DNA of 64,000 nucleotides from Escherichia virus TH55. The notes beneath the pieces are model-generated. The model did not search any database. It was not told where the DNA came from and worked only from the letters and a program-made list of their open reading frames with translations. The position numbers and the translations under genes are program-made. Below, one piece after another: positions 9,295 through 18,060 of the stretch (positions are counted from its first letter, which is position 1; every line of letters starts with the position of its first letter). The DNA is taken from sequence record MT446421.1, one strand, 5' to 3'.

Positions 9295-9488
9295 AGGAAA
9301 CCTCGTTTAAATTCAACTTGACCATCATCATAACTGATTTCAATATTGAATTCTAAAGAGTCATCGTCATGCATCATGAATGAATGTACGATAACTTCAT
9401 CAAACACACCCAGACCATACTTAAAATGGACATCATGCGCAATAATTTCATCTAAAGCTTTGTTTGGTTTAATCCAACGGTTTAACAT
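9291..9488 (-). CDS. hypothetical protein
   Basis: 65-aa ORF. Confidence 0.45.
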   Translation of the reverse strand: MLNRWIKPNKALDEIIAHDVHFKYGLGVFDEVIVHSFMMHDDDSLEFNIEISYDDGQVEFKRGFL

Positions 9489-9513
9489 AGTATTCTCCTC
9501 TGTAATTGAAATA

Positions 9514-9538
9514 ATTATACCGCTTCTATTAAAAGCAA
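9514..9538 (-). promoter_or_regulatory. possible middle-type promoter (MotA-box-like TTGCTT plus -10)
   Basis: -10 TATAAT 9514-9519 with TTTTTGCTTTTA about 11 bp upstream; no -35. Confidence 0.3.
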
Positions 9539-9541
9539 AAA

Positions 9542-9559
9542 GGGACTCCGAAGAGTCCC
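9542..9559 (-). terminator. rho-independent terminator after soc
   Basis: GGGACTC-TTCG-GAGTCCC hairpin followed by TTTTTGCTTTT on minus strand. Confidence 0.7.
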
Positions 9560-9564
9560 TATAA

Positions 9565-9798
9565 TTAAACTACTGGGGTAGGCGTAAACATCGCCGCGTT
9601 CTTAGTTCGCCAATCAGCTGCACTAGACGCTACGGTGACATAAGCGGCCTTTTCGGAAGGAAAAGTCTGATAGTGTGCATTTGCAATACGATGCTCATTT
9701 GAATAGATTTCAAACGGAACAGATACTTCAACACCTTTAACTTCTTTACCTTCACCAGCTGGATGCGTAAAGGTTTTGATATTAACGAAACCACCCAT
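9565..9798 (-). CDS. soc: small outer capsid protein Soc
   Basis: 77 aa; VNIKTF...HYQTFPSEKAAY matches recalled T4 Soc; TATAAATA late motif upstream. Confidence 0.85.
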   Translation of the reverse strand: MGGFVNIKTFTHPAGEGKEVKGVEVSVPFEIYSNEHRIANAHYQTFPSEKAAYVTVASSAADWRTKNAAMFTPTPVV

Positions 9799-9829
9799 AA
9801 TTAACTCCTTTGTTGTTTAATTACGGGTG

Positions 9830-9837
9830 TATTTATA
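9830..9837 (-). promoter_or_regulatory. T4-type late promoter motif TATAAATA upstream of soc
   Basis: Exact TATAAATA on minus strand about 32 nt upstream of soc ATG. Confidence 0.55.
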
Positions 9838-9839
9838 AC

Positions 9840-10358
9840 TTAATAACCCCGGTCCTGACGAGCAAAGTTCTCAGCGTTTTTCAGGTAATACAATTTAAAG
9901 ATTTCTTCTGCAGTCAGTCCAAGGCCATGGAACATGTTCAGAACAAAGTGCAGGATATCAATCATCTCAAATTTAATTTCGAGCTGGTCTTCGGGAGACA
10001 ACTCATCAATACGACGATTACGGAATTCAGCATGTTGGACTTTCCATGGTTTCCATACACTAGATGCAGCTTTCTCGCCATTAGACATACCACCGAGAGA
10101 AGTCAGAAGTTCACGGAATTCGTCGTCGACATAATCTTTCTGGTTACGAAGCCATGCAACAACATCACCTGCAGTAGCCAATTCATCTGGATGTGAGTTA
10201 TATTCTGGTTTTTCAGTAGCCAGACGAACTTGCAATGATTTCTGCATATCAAGCATAATCTGCAGCGGGTCAGTACCTTTTGTAATTGCATTGTCATAAG
10301 CTTCTTCAGCTTTATCAACACCGGCAATCAGTTGTGAACATTCATTAAAATGAGCCAT
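9840..10358 (-). CDS. 56: dCTP/dUTP pyrophosphatase gp56 (MazG-like)
   Basis: Trimmed to ATG 10356-10358 (AAGGAAA SD), 172 aa; MazG-like helical motifs; T4 gene 56 position. Confidence 0.7.
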   Translation of the reverse strand: MAHFNECSQLIAGVDKAEEAYDNAITKGTDPLQIMLDMQKSLQVRLATEKPEYNSHPDELATAGDVVAWLRNQKDYVDDEFRELLTSLGGMSNGEKAASSVWKPWKVQHAEFRNRRIDELSPEDQLEIKFEMIDILHFVLNMFHGLGLTAEEIFKLYYLKNAENFARQDRGY

Positions 10359-10443
10359 TATATTTTTCCTTATCAATTCATGTTATTTTGTATGTTAATT
10401 ATATCATATTGGTTTGAAGCATAAATACACGGAAGGAGGATAT

Positions 10444-10641
10444 ATGCTCAAACTATCTAGTCTAATTCAAGCCATCAAAGGCAGTCGTAAGCGAACGATT
10501 CTGGTCCTTTCGATACTCTGTTTAGTTCTACTCTGGAACTTCGTTGTTGCCCCTGTTGCATTGACACATGGTGTTATATTACCAGTCATTGCACTCGAAT
10601 CAGTTGTAGATATTTTACTGGCATTAATCGGCCTTATATAG
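10444..10641 (+). CDS. small hydrophobic protein on plus strand
   Basis: ATG 10444 preceded by GGAAGGAGGA; two hydrophobic helices; only plus-strand candidate, in the 56-61 gap. Confidence 0.35.
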   Translation: MLKLSSLIQAIKGSRKRTILVLSILCLVLLWNFVVAPVALTHGVILPVIALESVVDILLALIGLI

Positions 10642-10759
10642 ATGGAATAATGTGAATATTATTCCATCGGATTTGGAAATTAACCAGTAAGAAAGACAAG
10701 AAACATCATGGGCTTTTTAGCTCTTGATGTTTTTCTGTGGAACTTACCGGAATCCCTTC

Positions 10760-11788
10760 CTAAACTTTTGCGTACTTCGAAAGTCGCATTCTCGCCATCA
10801 ACCCTTGAGCAATGTTATCGGCCATATATGATTCGATTTGTTCAGGGGTTGCGCCCTCCGATTTAACCATCTCATTTATGTCTTTCGTATGCCATGGTGC
10901 ATTGTCCCAGAACATAACGGCTTCACCCGCTTCAACGAGCTTCTTCATACGTTTAATCGTATCCGGATGTCTTGGCTCGTTGTCCATTACCCATACTCGG
11001 GTTTCAGCATAAGGAACGGCTTCCAATGCTAATGTTCCACCGGTTATCGCAATGCTGTTAGGGATAAACAAACTATCAATCGGACCTTCCATTACCCACA
11101 CGCGCTTGCGCTCATCAATCTTGTCTACGCCATAGACTTTGGAAGCTTCTGGGTGAGCTTTGATTGTGATATATTTTTGTGGTGCATCTTTGCGAAGAGC
11201 TCGTCCTTGGAAAGATTCGATTTCTTTTTTGCCGTTGAAGATAGGAATAACCAAGCGTGGTTCATTCGTTTCATTCTTATACGTCCCAGGATTAACGGAG
11301 TTAACTAATGCAGGCCATTTGTTTGTAAACCATAACCGGTTCCAAACATTGCTCGGAATACACCGACTTTTCACATACTTAACTATCGGATGCGCTTCTG
11401 GTAAAGTATCGATTCTTTCGCAAAAAGCAAGCTCTTCAATAACCGGAGTTTTTTCTTGTTCTTTCGGAGCTTCTGCAACTTCATTACGTTGTCGACCGAA
11501 GGCGTTTTCCTTGTACTTCTCAACCATATATTCCCGGTGCAAATCCGGCTCAAACTCTTTTATGTATTTGCTTATATGCGTGGAGTAGTCACAGTTAAAA
11601 CATTTCACGTAAACCGCACCATCAGACGGATTGGTATACGCCCAGAATCGAGCCTTGTGCGAATCTTTCTGGGAGTCACCACAAACCTTGCAACGACAGT
11701 TTGCCTTAAATGTGCTCCCGGTGACTTCTCTATAACGTGGTTGATACGATAAAGCTCTGACTGCAAATTCTCTATCAATATATGACAT
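10760..11788 (-). CDS. 61: DNA primase gp61
   Basis: 342 aa; N-terminal Cys4 zinc-binding CRCKVCGD...CFNCDY; T4 gene 61 position and length. Confidence 0.85.
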   Translation of the reverse strand: MSYIDREFAVRALSYQPRYREVTGSTFKANCRCKVCGDSQKDSHKARFWAYTNPSDGAVYVKCFNCDYSTHISKYIKEFEPDLHREYMVEKYKENAFGRQRNEVAEAPKEQEKTPVIEELAFCERIDTLPEAHPIVKYVKSRCIPSNVWNRLWFTNKWPALVNSVNPGTYKNETNEPRLVIPIFNGKKEIESFQGRALRKDAPQKYITIKAHPEASKVYGVDKIDERKRVWVMEGPIDSLFIPNSIAITGGTLALEAVPYAETRVWVMDNEPRHPDTIKRMKKLVEAGEAVMFWDNAPWHTKDINEMVKSEGATPEQIESYMADNIAQGLMARMRLSKYAKV

Positions 11789-12007
11789 AGTTTCCTCATT
11801 TCAATGGCCCCGAAGGACCATTATACTGTAGGTTTATCGTCTTTATTCTTACGCTTTTTTGATGGGATTTGTTCAGGGCCTTTATTGACAACTGCCCCGG
11901 AAGTGGTACCTGTTGCGATATTAGTTGGGTTTCCACCTGCATCACCGGCAGCCATATCTTCGTTGATAAAATCTTTGAATGTTTTCATAACACCCCCTTT
12001 CCGCTAT

Positions 12008-12199
12008 TTATACAACGAAGATAGCTTTATCACCATTTGCATCAGTCACTTCATAAGTGTCTTCATGATACAACGGAATAATCCAGGTAACACCATCATC
12101 AGCGATAACATGGATTGCTTCTTGGTCTTGCGACACGATTTCATATTCTTCAAAAATCTGGAAGACCGAAATCTTAGAGCCCGTACACATTGCACTCAT
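12008..12199 (-). CDS. hypothetical protein
   Basis: 63-aa acidic ORF. Confidence 0.4.
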   Translation of the reverse strand: MSAMCTGSKISVFQIFEEYEIVSQDQEAIHVIADDGVTWIIPLYHEDTYEVTDANGDKAIFVV

Positions 12200-12395
12200 A
12201 TTGTTCCCTTCTTTTAATCAATTGACGATGTGCCTTTTTAAGTTTACGAATCTGACGTTTGGTCGGTCGTGCAACATAAGCTTGAGTAGTTACTCGTCCA
12301 AAAACTCCATACTTGGGAGACGGAGTATCAATAAAGACTTCCCACTGACAAGAGTAACTATATATTGCTTTAGAGAATTGGGTCAAAACAAACAT
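12174..12395 (-). CDS. small basic protein, PTKRQIR family
   Basis: 73 aa; W-E-V-F-I ... RPTKRQIRKLKK shared with 13548..13787 and 35532..35708. Confidence 0.5.
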   Translation of the reverse strand: MFVLTQFSKAIYSYSCQWEVFIDTPSPKYGVFGRVTTQAYVARPTKRQIRKLKKAHRQLIKRREQYECNVYGL

Positions 12396-12396
12396 A

Positions 12397-12756
12397 TTAA
12401 CCTCGCTTCATGAAGGCATTAAAAATCTGGTCATCAATATCAGTAGGCGGTTCTTGAGCTTTAACCCAAGCCCCTTCCAGAATGTCATTTGCTTCAGTAG
12501 ATATCATGACCCCAATTTCAGGGTTTCCGGTTATCCATACTGCACAATCGCGTACGTTCTTTTTATCAAATGGATAACCACGATTATCTTCACAAGGCCC
12601 ATTCATTGTCATAAACGAACGAGCCTTTATGATAACACCATCTTTAACGATGATATAACCAATCGCCTGATTATAACGGGGCTCACGAAATTCATAGTGA
12701 GCATTACCATTATTATTGCTCACCAGTTCAAAATTCAGAAAATTATAATAACTCAT
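12397..12756 (-). CDS. hypothetical protein
   Basis: 119 aa; C-terminus DDQIFNAFMKRG identical to that of next gene. Confidence 0.5.
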   Translation of the reverse strand: MSYYNFLNFELVSNNNGNAHYEFREPRYNQAIGYIIVKDGVIIKARSFMTMNGPCEDNRGYPFDKKNVRDCAVWITGNPEIGVMISTEANDILEGAWVKAQEPPTDIDDQIFNAFMKRG

Positions 12757-12757
12757 A

Positions 12758-13195
12758 CTAATCTCGCTTCATGAAGGCATTAAAAATCTGGTCGTCAACT
12801 GAATAAACAGGATTTTCCAGAATTTTCAAAAGACTGTTTTTGATGTACTTGCCAGGGATACCCATATTAACAATACTGTCATTCAATTCATTGTCAGGGT
12901 TGATGTCTTTAAATTCAAACCCTTCAAACTCAACCTTGTCAGGAATACCATCAGCGAAAAAATAAACCAATTGGTGCATTGTATTGCGCGAAAATAATTT
13001 AGACTTGACTGCAATAAGTTCTTTCCAATGGTTTAATTCTTTGTTAAGAAGTTTATGAGCAAACGTAATTCTATCATCACTATCAACAAGAAAATAACCC
13101 AGATATTGAATTTCGTCGCTCCAAAACACCCTGTATGCCTGCGCATTTGGATTTTTACAACGAAGTTTTTTGATAACCAAATTTCTGTTAATCAT
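12758..13195 (-). CDS. hypothetical protein
   Basis: Trimmed to ATG 13193-13195 (AGGTGA SD); C-terminus DDQIFNAFMKRD. Confidence 0.45.
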   Translation of the reverse strand: MINRNLVIKKLRCKNPNAQAYRVFWSDEIQYLGYFLVDSDDRITFAHKLLNKELNHWKELIAVKSKLFSRNTMHQLVYFFADGIPDKVEFEGFEFKDINPDNELNDSIVNMGIPGKYIKNSLLKILENPVYSVDDQIFNAFMKRD

Positions 13196-13196
13196 T

Positions 13197-13490
13197 TTAT
13201 TCACCTGTAACCCATTGAACAATTTTGCTATTGTCAAATGAAGCATCGCAATACAGAACATAGTTATACTGCATAACGTCACCAGAAGTCAATTGGTCAG
13301 ATACTTCTTTAACCATATCAGGGCGGTCACGTTTAGTAATATTCATGATGTCAGCGCGAATTTGAGTTTCAACATCAGTTTGGTCCGCAGTCATAGACCA
13401 CTCACAAAGGTTTTTATCAAGTCCAGCAGTAACTGGAGCTGTACCACATGATGCTACGGTAAGAATTGCCGCGATTAATAACTTTTTCAT
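13197..13490 (-). CDS. putative lipoprotein
   Basis: 97 aa; signal peptide with lipobox VASC; GGAG SD. Confidence 0.55.
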   Translation of the reverse strand: MKKLLIAAILTVASCGTAPVTAGLDKNLCEWSMTADQTDVETQIRADIMNITKRDRPDMVKEVSDQLTSGDVMQYNYVLYCDASFDNSKIVQWVTGE

Positions 13491-13518
13491 TTCAATCTCC
13501 TCAGTAGTTGATATGGAT

Positions 13519-13547
13519 AATATACAGCATTATCCCTTTGTTGTACA
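13519..13547 (-). promoter_or_regulatory. early-type promoter
   Basis: -35 TGTACA 13542-13547, 17 bp, -10 TATATT 13519-13524. Confidence 0.5.
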
Positions 13548-13787
13548 CTATTTTAATGCATCTTCCAGATAAATTTTACGGAATTTGCGTTTTGTCTGAC
13601 GAATCTGACGCTTGGTAGGTTTCACAGGAAATTCGAAGAACTCTACGTATTCTTGTTCATAACCGCCATGGTCTTCCGAAAGAACTAGTTCCCAGCTGCT
13701 TACGGTGCGTTGGATAAACATATTATGCTTACCAAAAGATTTATTCCAAAAAGAACTAGGGGTAGGTTTCATTAATGTGATATTCAT
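13548..13787 (-). CDS. small basic protein, PTKRQIR family
   Basis: 79 aa; ...KPTKRQIRQTKRKF. Confidence 0.5.
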   Translation of the reverse strand: MNITLMKPTPSSFWNKSFGKHNMFIQRTVSSWELVLSEDHGGYEQEYVEFFEFPVKPTKRQIRQTKRKFRKIYLEDALK

Positions 13788-13991
13788 TTAAATTTCCTCA
13801 ATGCGGGCATCATATTCAAAAACTTTATTGTCATTAACAAAGGCTTTAACCAGCGCATTATTCACTTCTGCATACTGCACTGTAACCCATTCAATCATAT
13901 TTTGGTCACTAACATCCAGCGCGGTTTCTTTGGTAAACATATTACCATTTTCAAACCAACCAATAAACACTACGTTCTCTAATTTATACAT
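13788..13991 (-). CDS. dmd: Dmd antitoxin (inhibitor of RnlA/LsoA)
   Basis: 67 aa; VVFIGWFENGNMFTKE...QYAEVNNALVKAF matches recalled T4 Dmd; sits between 61 and 41. Confidence 0.8.
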   Translation of the reverse strand: MYKLENVVFIGWFENGNMFTKETALDVSDQNMIEWVTVQYAEVNNALVKAFVNDNKVFEYDARIEEI

Positions 13992-14309
13992 TTAGATTTC
14001 CTCACAGAAGGCCCAGGCGGCGTGATAAACGGTTGCGCCTTTAGTATCATTTAAACAAACCACGTCAACAGGTGCAATCACACGATAAAGACGGGGTTCT
14101 CCTCCATATGAGCGAGCTGCTCTTCCTGCATAGATACGCGCCAAACCAATATCTTCAGTAAAAAACACACGCCCTAAATTTTTCTTACGCCCAACTTCTG
14201 ACAGAACACCAGTTGCATCAGGAGGGCAAAGCATATTTTGGATTCCAGCATTAGAGCTTGAGCCATGATAATAAACTTTGTATTCCGCCTTGCAATCAAT
14301 AGTTTTCAT
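13992..14309 (-). CDS. hypothetical protein with H-G-S motif (possible Arr/Tpt1-like ART fold)
   Basis: 105 aa; YYHGSSSN ... GRVFFTEDIGLARIYAG; functional call speculative. Confidence 0.45.
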   Translation of the reverse strand: MKTIDCKAEYKVYYHGSSSNAGIQNMLCPPDATGVLSEVGRKKNLGRVFFTEDIGLARIYAGRAARSYGGEPRLYRVIAPVDVVCLNDTKGATVYHAAWAFCEEI

Positions 14310-14353
14310 TTTATTCTCCAGTAGTTGATAGGGTCATTATAACATAAGAAAAA

Positions 14354-14368
14354 GGGGCCGTAAGCCCC
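14354..14368 (-). terminator. rho-independent terminator after gene 41
   Basis: GGGGC-loop-GCCCC hairpin with T-run. Confidence 0.65.
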
Positions 14369-14380
14369 TTTTAAAATATT

Positions 14381-15820
14381 TTAAAATTTCATTTGAGCAG
14401 CAAGGTCATCCAGGTCGCTCCTGTTGACCCTGGTTTGTCGATTCATTTCGGCCTGGCGATTCATCTCACCGGTGGCTTCTTTAACCGTAGGGCCTTGTTT
14501 AGGAGCCGAATCATCATCAACCTCATACCAGCGCTGATTACCTTTCTTAACACCCATCTTGAATTTATTATAGTAGTTCTTATCACCATAACGAGACTTA
14601 AGCTGTTTGATTAACTGCAGCCCCATTTGAGCGAATTCTTCGGTCTCAACAACACCCAGCATAAAGTCAGCCGTGTGAGCAATACCAAAGGATTCTGCAA
14701 TGTCAGCCATATCAATCTCGGCTGCAACGTTCGCGCCCCTGGTTGTCTGCGCTGCAGTCCACAAGACCACATTTTTCTCAACTGCCAGACCACGAAGTTC
14801 TTCTGCAACCATCTTAATCAGGCCGTAACTGTTTTCGGTAAACGTTTTCAGTCTTGAGCTTGCACAGATTGCCAGGTAGTCAACAATAATCACATCCGGT
14901 ACAAACCCTTGCTTCAGTTTGTACTCGTTCAGTAATGCACGGAAGGTATCCGCATGAGCACCACCAGTTGGATATTGTTTTATCTTCAGAGTCCCGAGAG
15001 TCCCGGAAGCACGCCATTTTTCCATCTTAGCTTTATATTCCGCCCATGATATATGACCTTCATCAATATCATCCAGAGATACATCCAGCAAGTTGGCATC
15101 AATACGTTTGGCACATACTTCTTCGGCCATTTCCATGCTTATATAAAGAACGTTATGACCAGTCTGAAGATAGTCAGCCGCTAACGAACAAAGCCCCAGA
15201 GATTTACCGACATTCGTCCCGGCTAGTAAAACGTTCTCTGTACCGTACTCAACCCCGCCTTTCGTAATTTTATTCAGGATGTTAATGCGGAACGGAACTT
15301 TCTTCGATTTGTTCAGATAAGTCTGGAATCGAGCCTCGTAATCGTTTAACCAGTCATGACCAAGGGCAGAATCAAAACAGATGGACAATGCATCACGCAT
15401 GATGTCAGGGATAGCACCGATATCCGGGATTCGTTTATCACGTTTATCTTTAGGAAGTTCGGCATTACTCTGGATTTCGATAATCCTGGATGTGGCATTG
15501 AACATCGCAGACTTCTGTACATACTTTTCGGTTTCTCTAACCAACCATTCCTGGTCTTCTGGAGTATCGGCCAGGACTCCTAAAAGTTTCTTTGTGCCTT
15601 CATATTCGACTTCAGAAAGGTCAGAGTTGTCAAGTGCAATATCAAGTGCAGTCTTAGTTGGTACAGCTTGATATTCTTTTACGTGTTCGTTAATCGTATT
15701 AAAAAGGGTCTTCGCGGGACCCTTTTCAAAATATGTGCTATTCAGATATGGCCAGACTTTAACAAAATATTCCTTGTTAAAGAGTAGCTGGGATAAAATA
15801 GTTTCTACCACTTCCACCAC
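14381..15820 (-). CDS. 41: replicative DNA helicase gp41 (DnaB-like)
   Basis: 479 aa; Walker A GTNVGKS; colinear with recalled T4 gp41. Confidence 0.9.
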   Translation of the reverse strand: MVEVVETILSQLLFNKEYFVKVWPYLNSTYFEKGPAKTLFNTINEHVKEYQAVPTKTALDIALDNSDLSEVEYEGTKKLLGVLADTPEDQEWLVRETEKYVQKSAMFNATSRIIEIQSNAELPKDKRDKRIPDIGAIPDIMRDALSICFDSALGHDWLNDYEARFQTYLNKSKKVPFRINILNKITKGGVEYGTENVLLAGTNVGKSLGLCSLAADYLQTGHNVLYISMEMAEEVCAKRIDANLLDVSLDDIDEGHISWAEYKAKMEKWRASGTLGTLKIKQYPTGGAHADTFRALLNEYKLKQGFVPDVIIVDYLAICASSRLKTFTENSYGLIKMVAEELRGLAVEKNVVLWTAAQTTRGANVAAEIDMADIAESFGIAHTADFMLGVVETEEFAQMGLQLIKQLKSRYGDKNYYNKFKMGVKKGNQRWYEVDDDSAPKQGPTVKEATGEMNRQAEMNRQTRVNRSDLDDLAAQMKF

Positions 15821-16149
15821 CTCTTTTTCATTTTAATCTTATCAATTTCATCTTGTATTTGCATTGTAACACACTTTTCTACATGCACTGCAAGCTCCGC
15901 TTTGCGGTCTTCAGAAGGGGTGCCGAAATCAACTGAAACTTTTCCAGATGGTTCAATTTTAATTCCGGTTACGTACACAATGTGATTGGACCCATCAGGG
16001 AGTGATAACAGAATTTCCTGTCGTACGGTTCCCATGGATTGCCGGATAATCTCCAAACTTTTTTCGTAGTAAGGCACAGAAGGAGCCTTAGCTCCCTCCG
16101 CATCTTTCTCGAAATTATCTAAATCAGATAAATCGATATCATTCATCAA
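15805..16149 (-). CDS. hypothetical protein (T4 gene 40 position)
   Basis: 114-aa ORF between 41 and uvsX; assignment positional only. Confidence 0.45.
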   Translation of the reverse strand: MMNDIDLSDLDNFEKDAEGAKAPSVPYYEKSLEIIRQSMGTVRQEILLSLPDGSNHIVYVTGIKIEPSGKVSVDFGTPSEDRKAELAVHVEKCVTMQIQDEIDKIKMKKRWWKW

Positions 16150-17317
16150 GGTCTTCCATCATATCTAAATCGTTTTCGATATCTGCCGCAGATGGTTTTG
16201 CCTTACCTTCAGGGGCAGAGTATTTTTCAACCTTGGAGGCAATAAGCGCATCAACTTCGGCGTCAACAACAGCATTGCTATCGATTGCACCCAGCTGGTA
16301 ATGTCGTTTGATTGCATCACGGAAAGGTTCGTGCTTGAACAATGGACCCCAGAATTCGGTACAGTTAGTATCTTTTGCACGCCATGATTTTTCTTCGCGG
16401 ACCATTTCACCGGTCTCAACATCAAGATATTCACGGTTATACCAACCAACTTTCGGTTTCACCACAAATCCAATTTCCATTGCCATATCAAGCAGGCCAG
16501 AATACGGGTCAATACCCCCATCGAATTTTACATCAATGAAGAATTTACTTTTCTCTTTGACCATACGAGATTTTTCGGCGTTCAGAACAAATTGGAAACC
16601 TTCAAGTTCTTTACCAGTTTCTTTAATCTGACGTTTACCGATAATGAATACGGTGTCTGCAGAATACATAACACCTGTACCACCGGTCATAACGGTTTTG
16701 CTGTACATCTCAATCGTCTCAATTGTATGGTTAACCGCGACACAAGGGATATCCTTGATACTAAAATATGGGGTAACAATACGGAATAGAGATTTCAGGG
16801 ATTTAGCGCGAGTCATATCGCCAACGACTTTTTCGTTCATCGCATCTTCTGTTTCTTTTTTAGACGCCATGTTACCGATTGAGTCAATAAAGATAATGAC
16901 TTTTTCACCACGCTCAATTGCTTCAAGCTGGTTAACCATATCAACTTTCAATTGTTCAACCGACTGGATTGGTGTGTGAATAACACGTTCCGGGTCAACT
17001 TTCATTGCACGAAGATATGCTTCTGTGATACCAAATTCTGAATCATAGAACAAACAGATTGCATCGGGGTATTTGTTCATATATGCAGAGACCATCGTTA
17101 AACCCATATTGGATTTAAAGTGTTTTGACGGACCAGCAAAAATAGTCAAACCTGACTGCATACCACCATCTAGTGCACCGCTGATTGCAATGTTCAGCAT
17201 CGGGATTTTTGTACGAACTACATCTTTATCATTAAAAAACTTGGACTTAGTAAGAGTCGCAGTCATTTTGGATGTAGAAGCTTTAATCAAACGGGATTTC
17301 AAATCTGCAATAGACAT
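16139..17317 (-). CDS. uvsX: UvsX recombinase (RecA-like)
   Basis: 392 aa; colinear with recalled T4 UvsX (MSIADLKSRLIKASTSK...GPSKHFKSN). Confidence 0.9.
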   Translation of the reverse strand: MSIADLKSRLIKASTSKMTATLTKSKFFNDKDVVRTKIPMLNIAISGALDGGMQSGLTIFAGPSKHFKSNMGLTMVSAYMNKYPDAICLFYDSEFGITEAYLRAMKVDPERVIHTPIQSVEQLKVDMVNQLEAIERGEKVIIFIDSIGNMASKKETEDAMNEKVVGDMTRAKSLKSLFRIVTPYFSIKDIPCVAVNHTIETIEMYSKTVMTGGTGVMYSADTVFIIGKRQIKETGKELEGFQFVLNAEKSRMVKEKSKFFIDVKFDGGIDPYSGLLDMAMEIGFVVKPKVGWYNREYLDVETGEMVREEKSWRAKDTNCTEFWGPLFKHEPFRDAIKRHYQLGAIDSNAVVDAEVDALIASKVEKYSAPEGKAKPSAADIENDLDMMEDLDE

Positions 17318-17402
17318 TCATTTTTTCCATAGGCACCATTATATTTTTCTCACAGGTTTAAGATAGGATAATTATATCACTGTATTTTTAGAGCAATTAA
17401 TG

Positions 17403-17906
17403 TTAGTTAATACCTTGGCGTGCTTTCTCTTTAGCTACACATTTATTAATATAGCTCAGACGGTTTTGAGCAGAACGCTGATACATATCGCGATACTCAT
17501 TAGCTTTTGGAGAACCAGCCTCTGCTGCCTGATAAGCTTCCGCGCGCATGATGTTTATCTGCATATTGATGTATGACATACAGACCTGTGAAATCTGGTT
17601 AACAGTATCCAAGTCATTTTGTCGCTTAGTTTCTGCTTCTAATTTAGCGATTACTTCATCATGCTTCGCAGCTTGCTCGCGTTTGTACTCAATTTCTTGT
17701 TGAGCATATTTCGCGCAGTTATTTCCACATTGATTGTTGTCGCGTTTGTAGATAAGTCCAGTACCACCTTTGAAATCAAAGGAACCATTATGCACCTGAC
17801 GGTCTGCAGCAATTCGCGCTTTACCAATCTCACTGGCATTAACTACATCACCCTGGTAAGCACAACCAGATAACAGTATAACAGCTGCGATAGCTAACTT
17901 TTTCAT
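17403..17906 (-). CDS. putative lipoprotein with coiled-coil
   Basis: Trimmed to ATG 17904-17906 (GAGGA SD); MKKLAIAAVILLSGC lipobox; sits where T4 has beta-gt/42. Confidence 0.55.
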   Translation of the reverse strand: MKKLAIAAVILLSGCAYQGDVVNASEIGKARIAADRQVHNGSFDFKGGTGLIYKRDNNQCGNNCAKYAQQEIEYKREQAAKHDEVIAKLEAETKRQNDLDTVNQISQVCMSYINMQINIMRAEAYQAAEAGSPKANEYRDMYQRSAQNRLSYINKCVAKEKARQGIN

Positions 17907-17916
17907 TGTATTTTCC

Positions 17917-18060
17917 TCAATTAAAACATTCATAGCGGGCTTGGAGCCCCAAAAATACCCAACCCAAAATTAAAGTTGGAATCATATGTGGAGTCATTAT
18001 TGCCCAATAGATTGACATACCAAAAAATGCAATCAGTACAATAATTGTAATCATCTTCAT
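17917..18060 (-). CDS. small membrane protein (47 aa)
   Basis: Not in ORF track; ATGA overlap with stop of 18057..18299; hydrophobic. Confidence 0.35.
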   Translation of the reverse strand: MKMITIIVLIAFFGMSIYWAIMTPHMIPTLILGWVFLGLQARYECFN

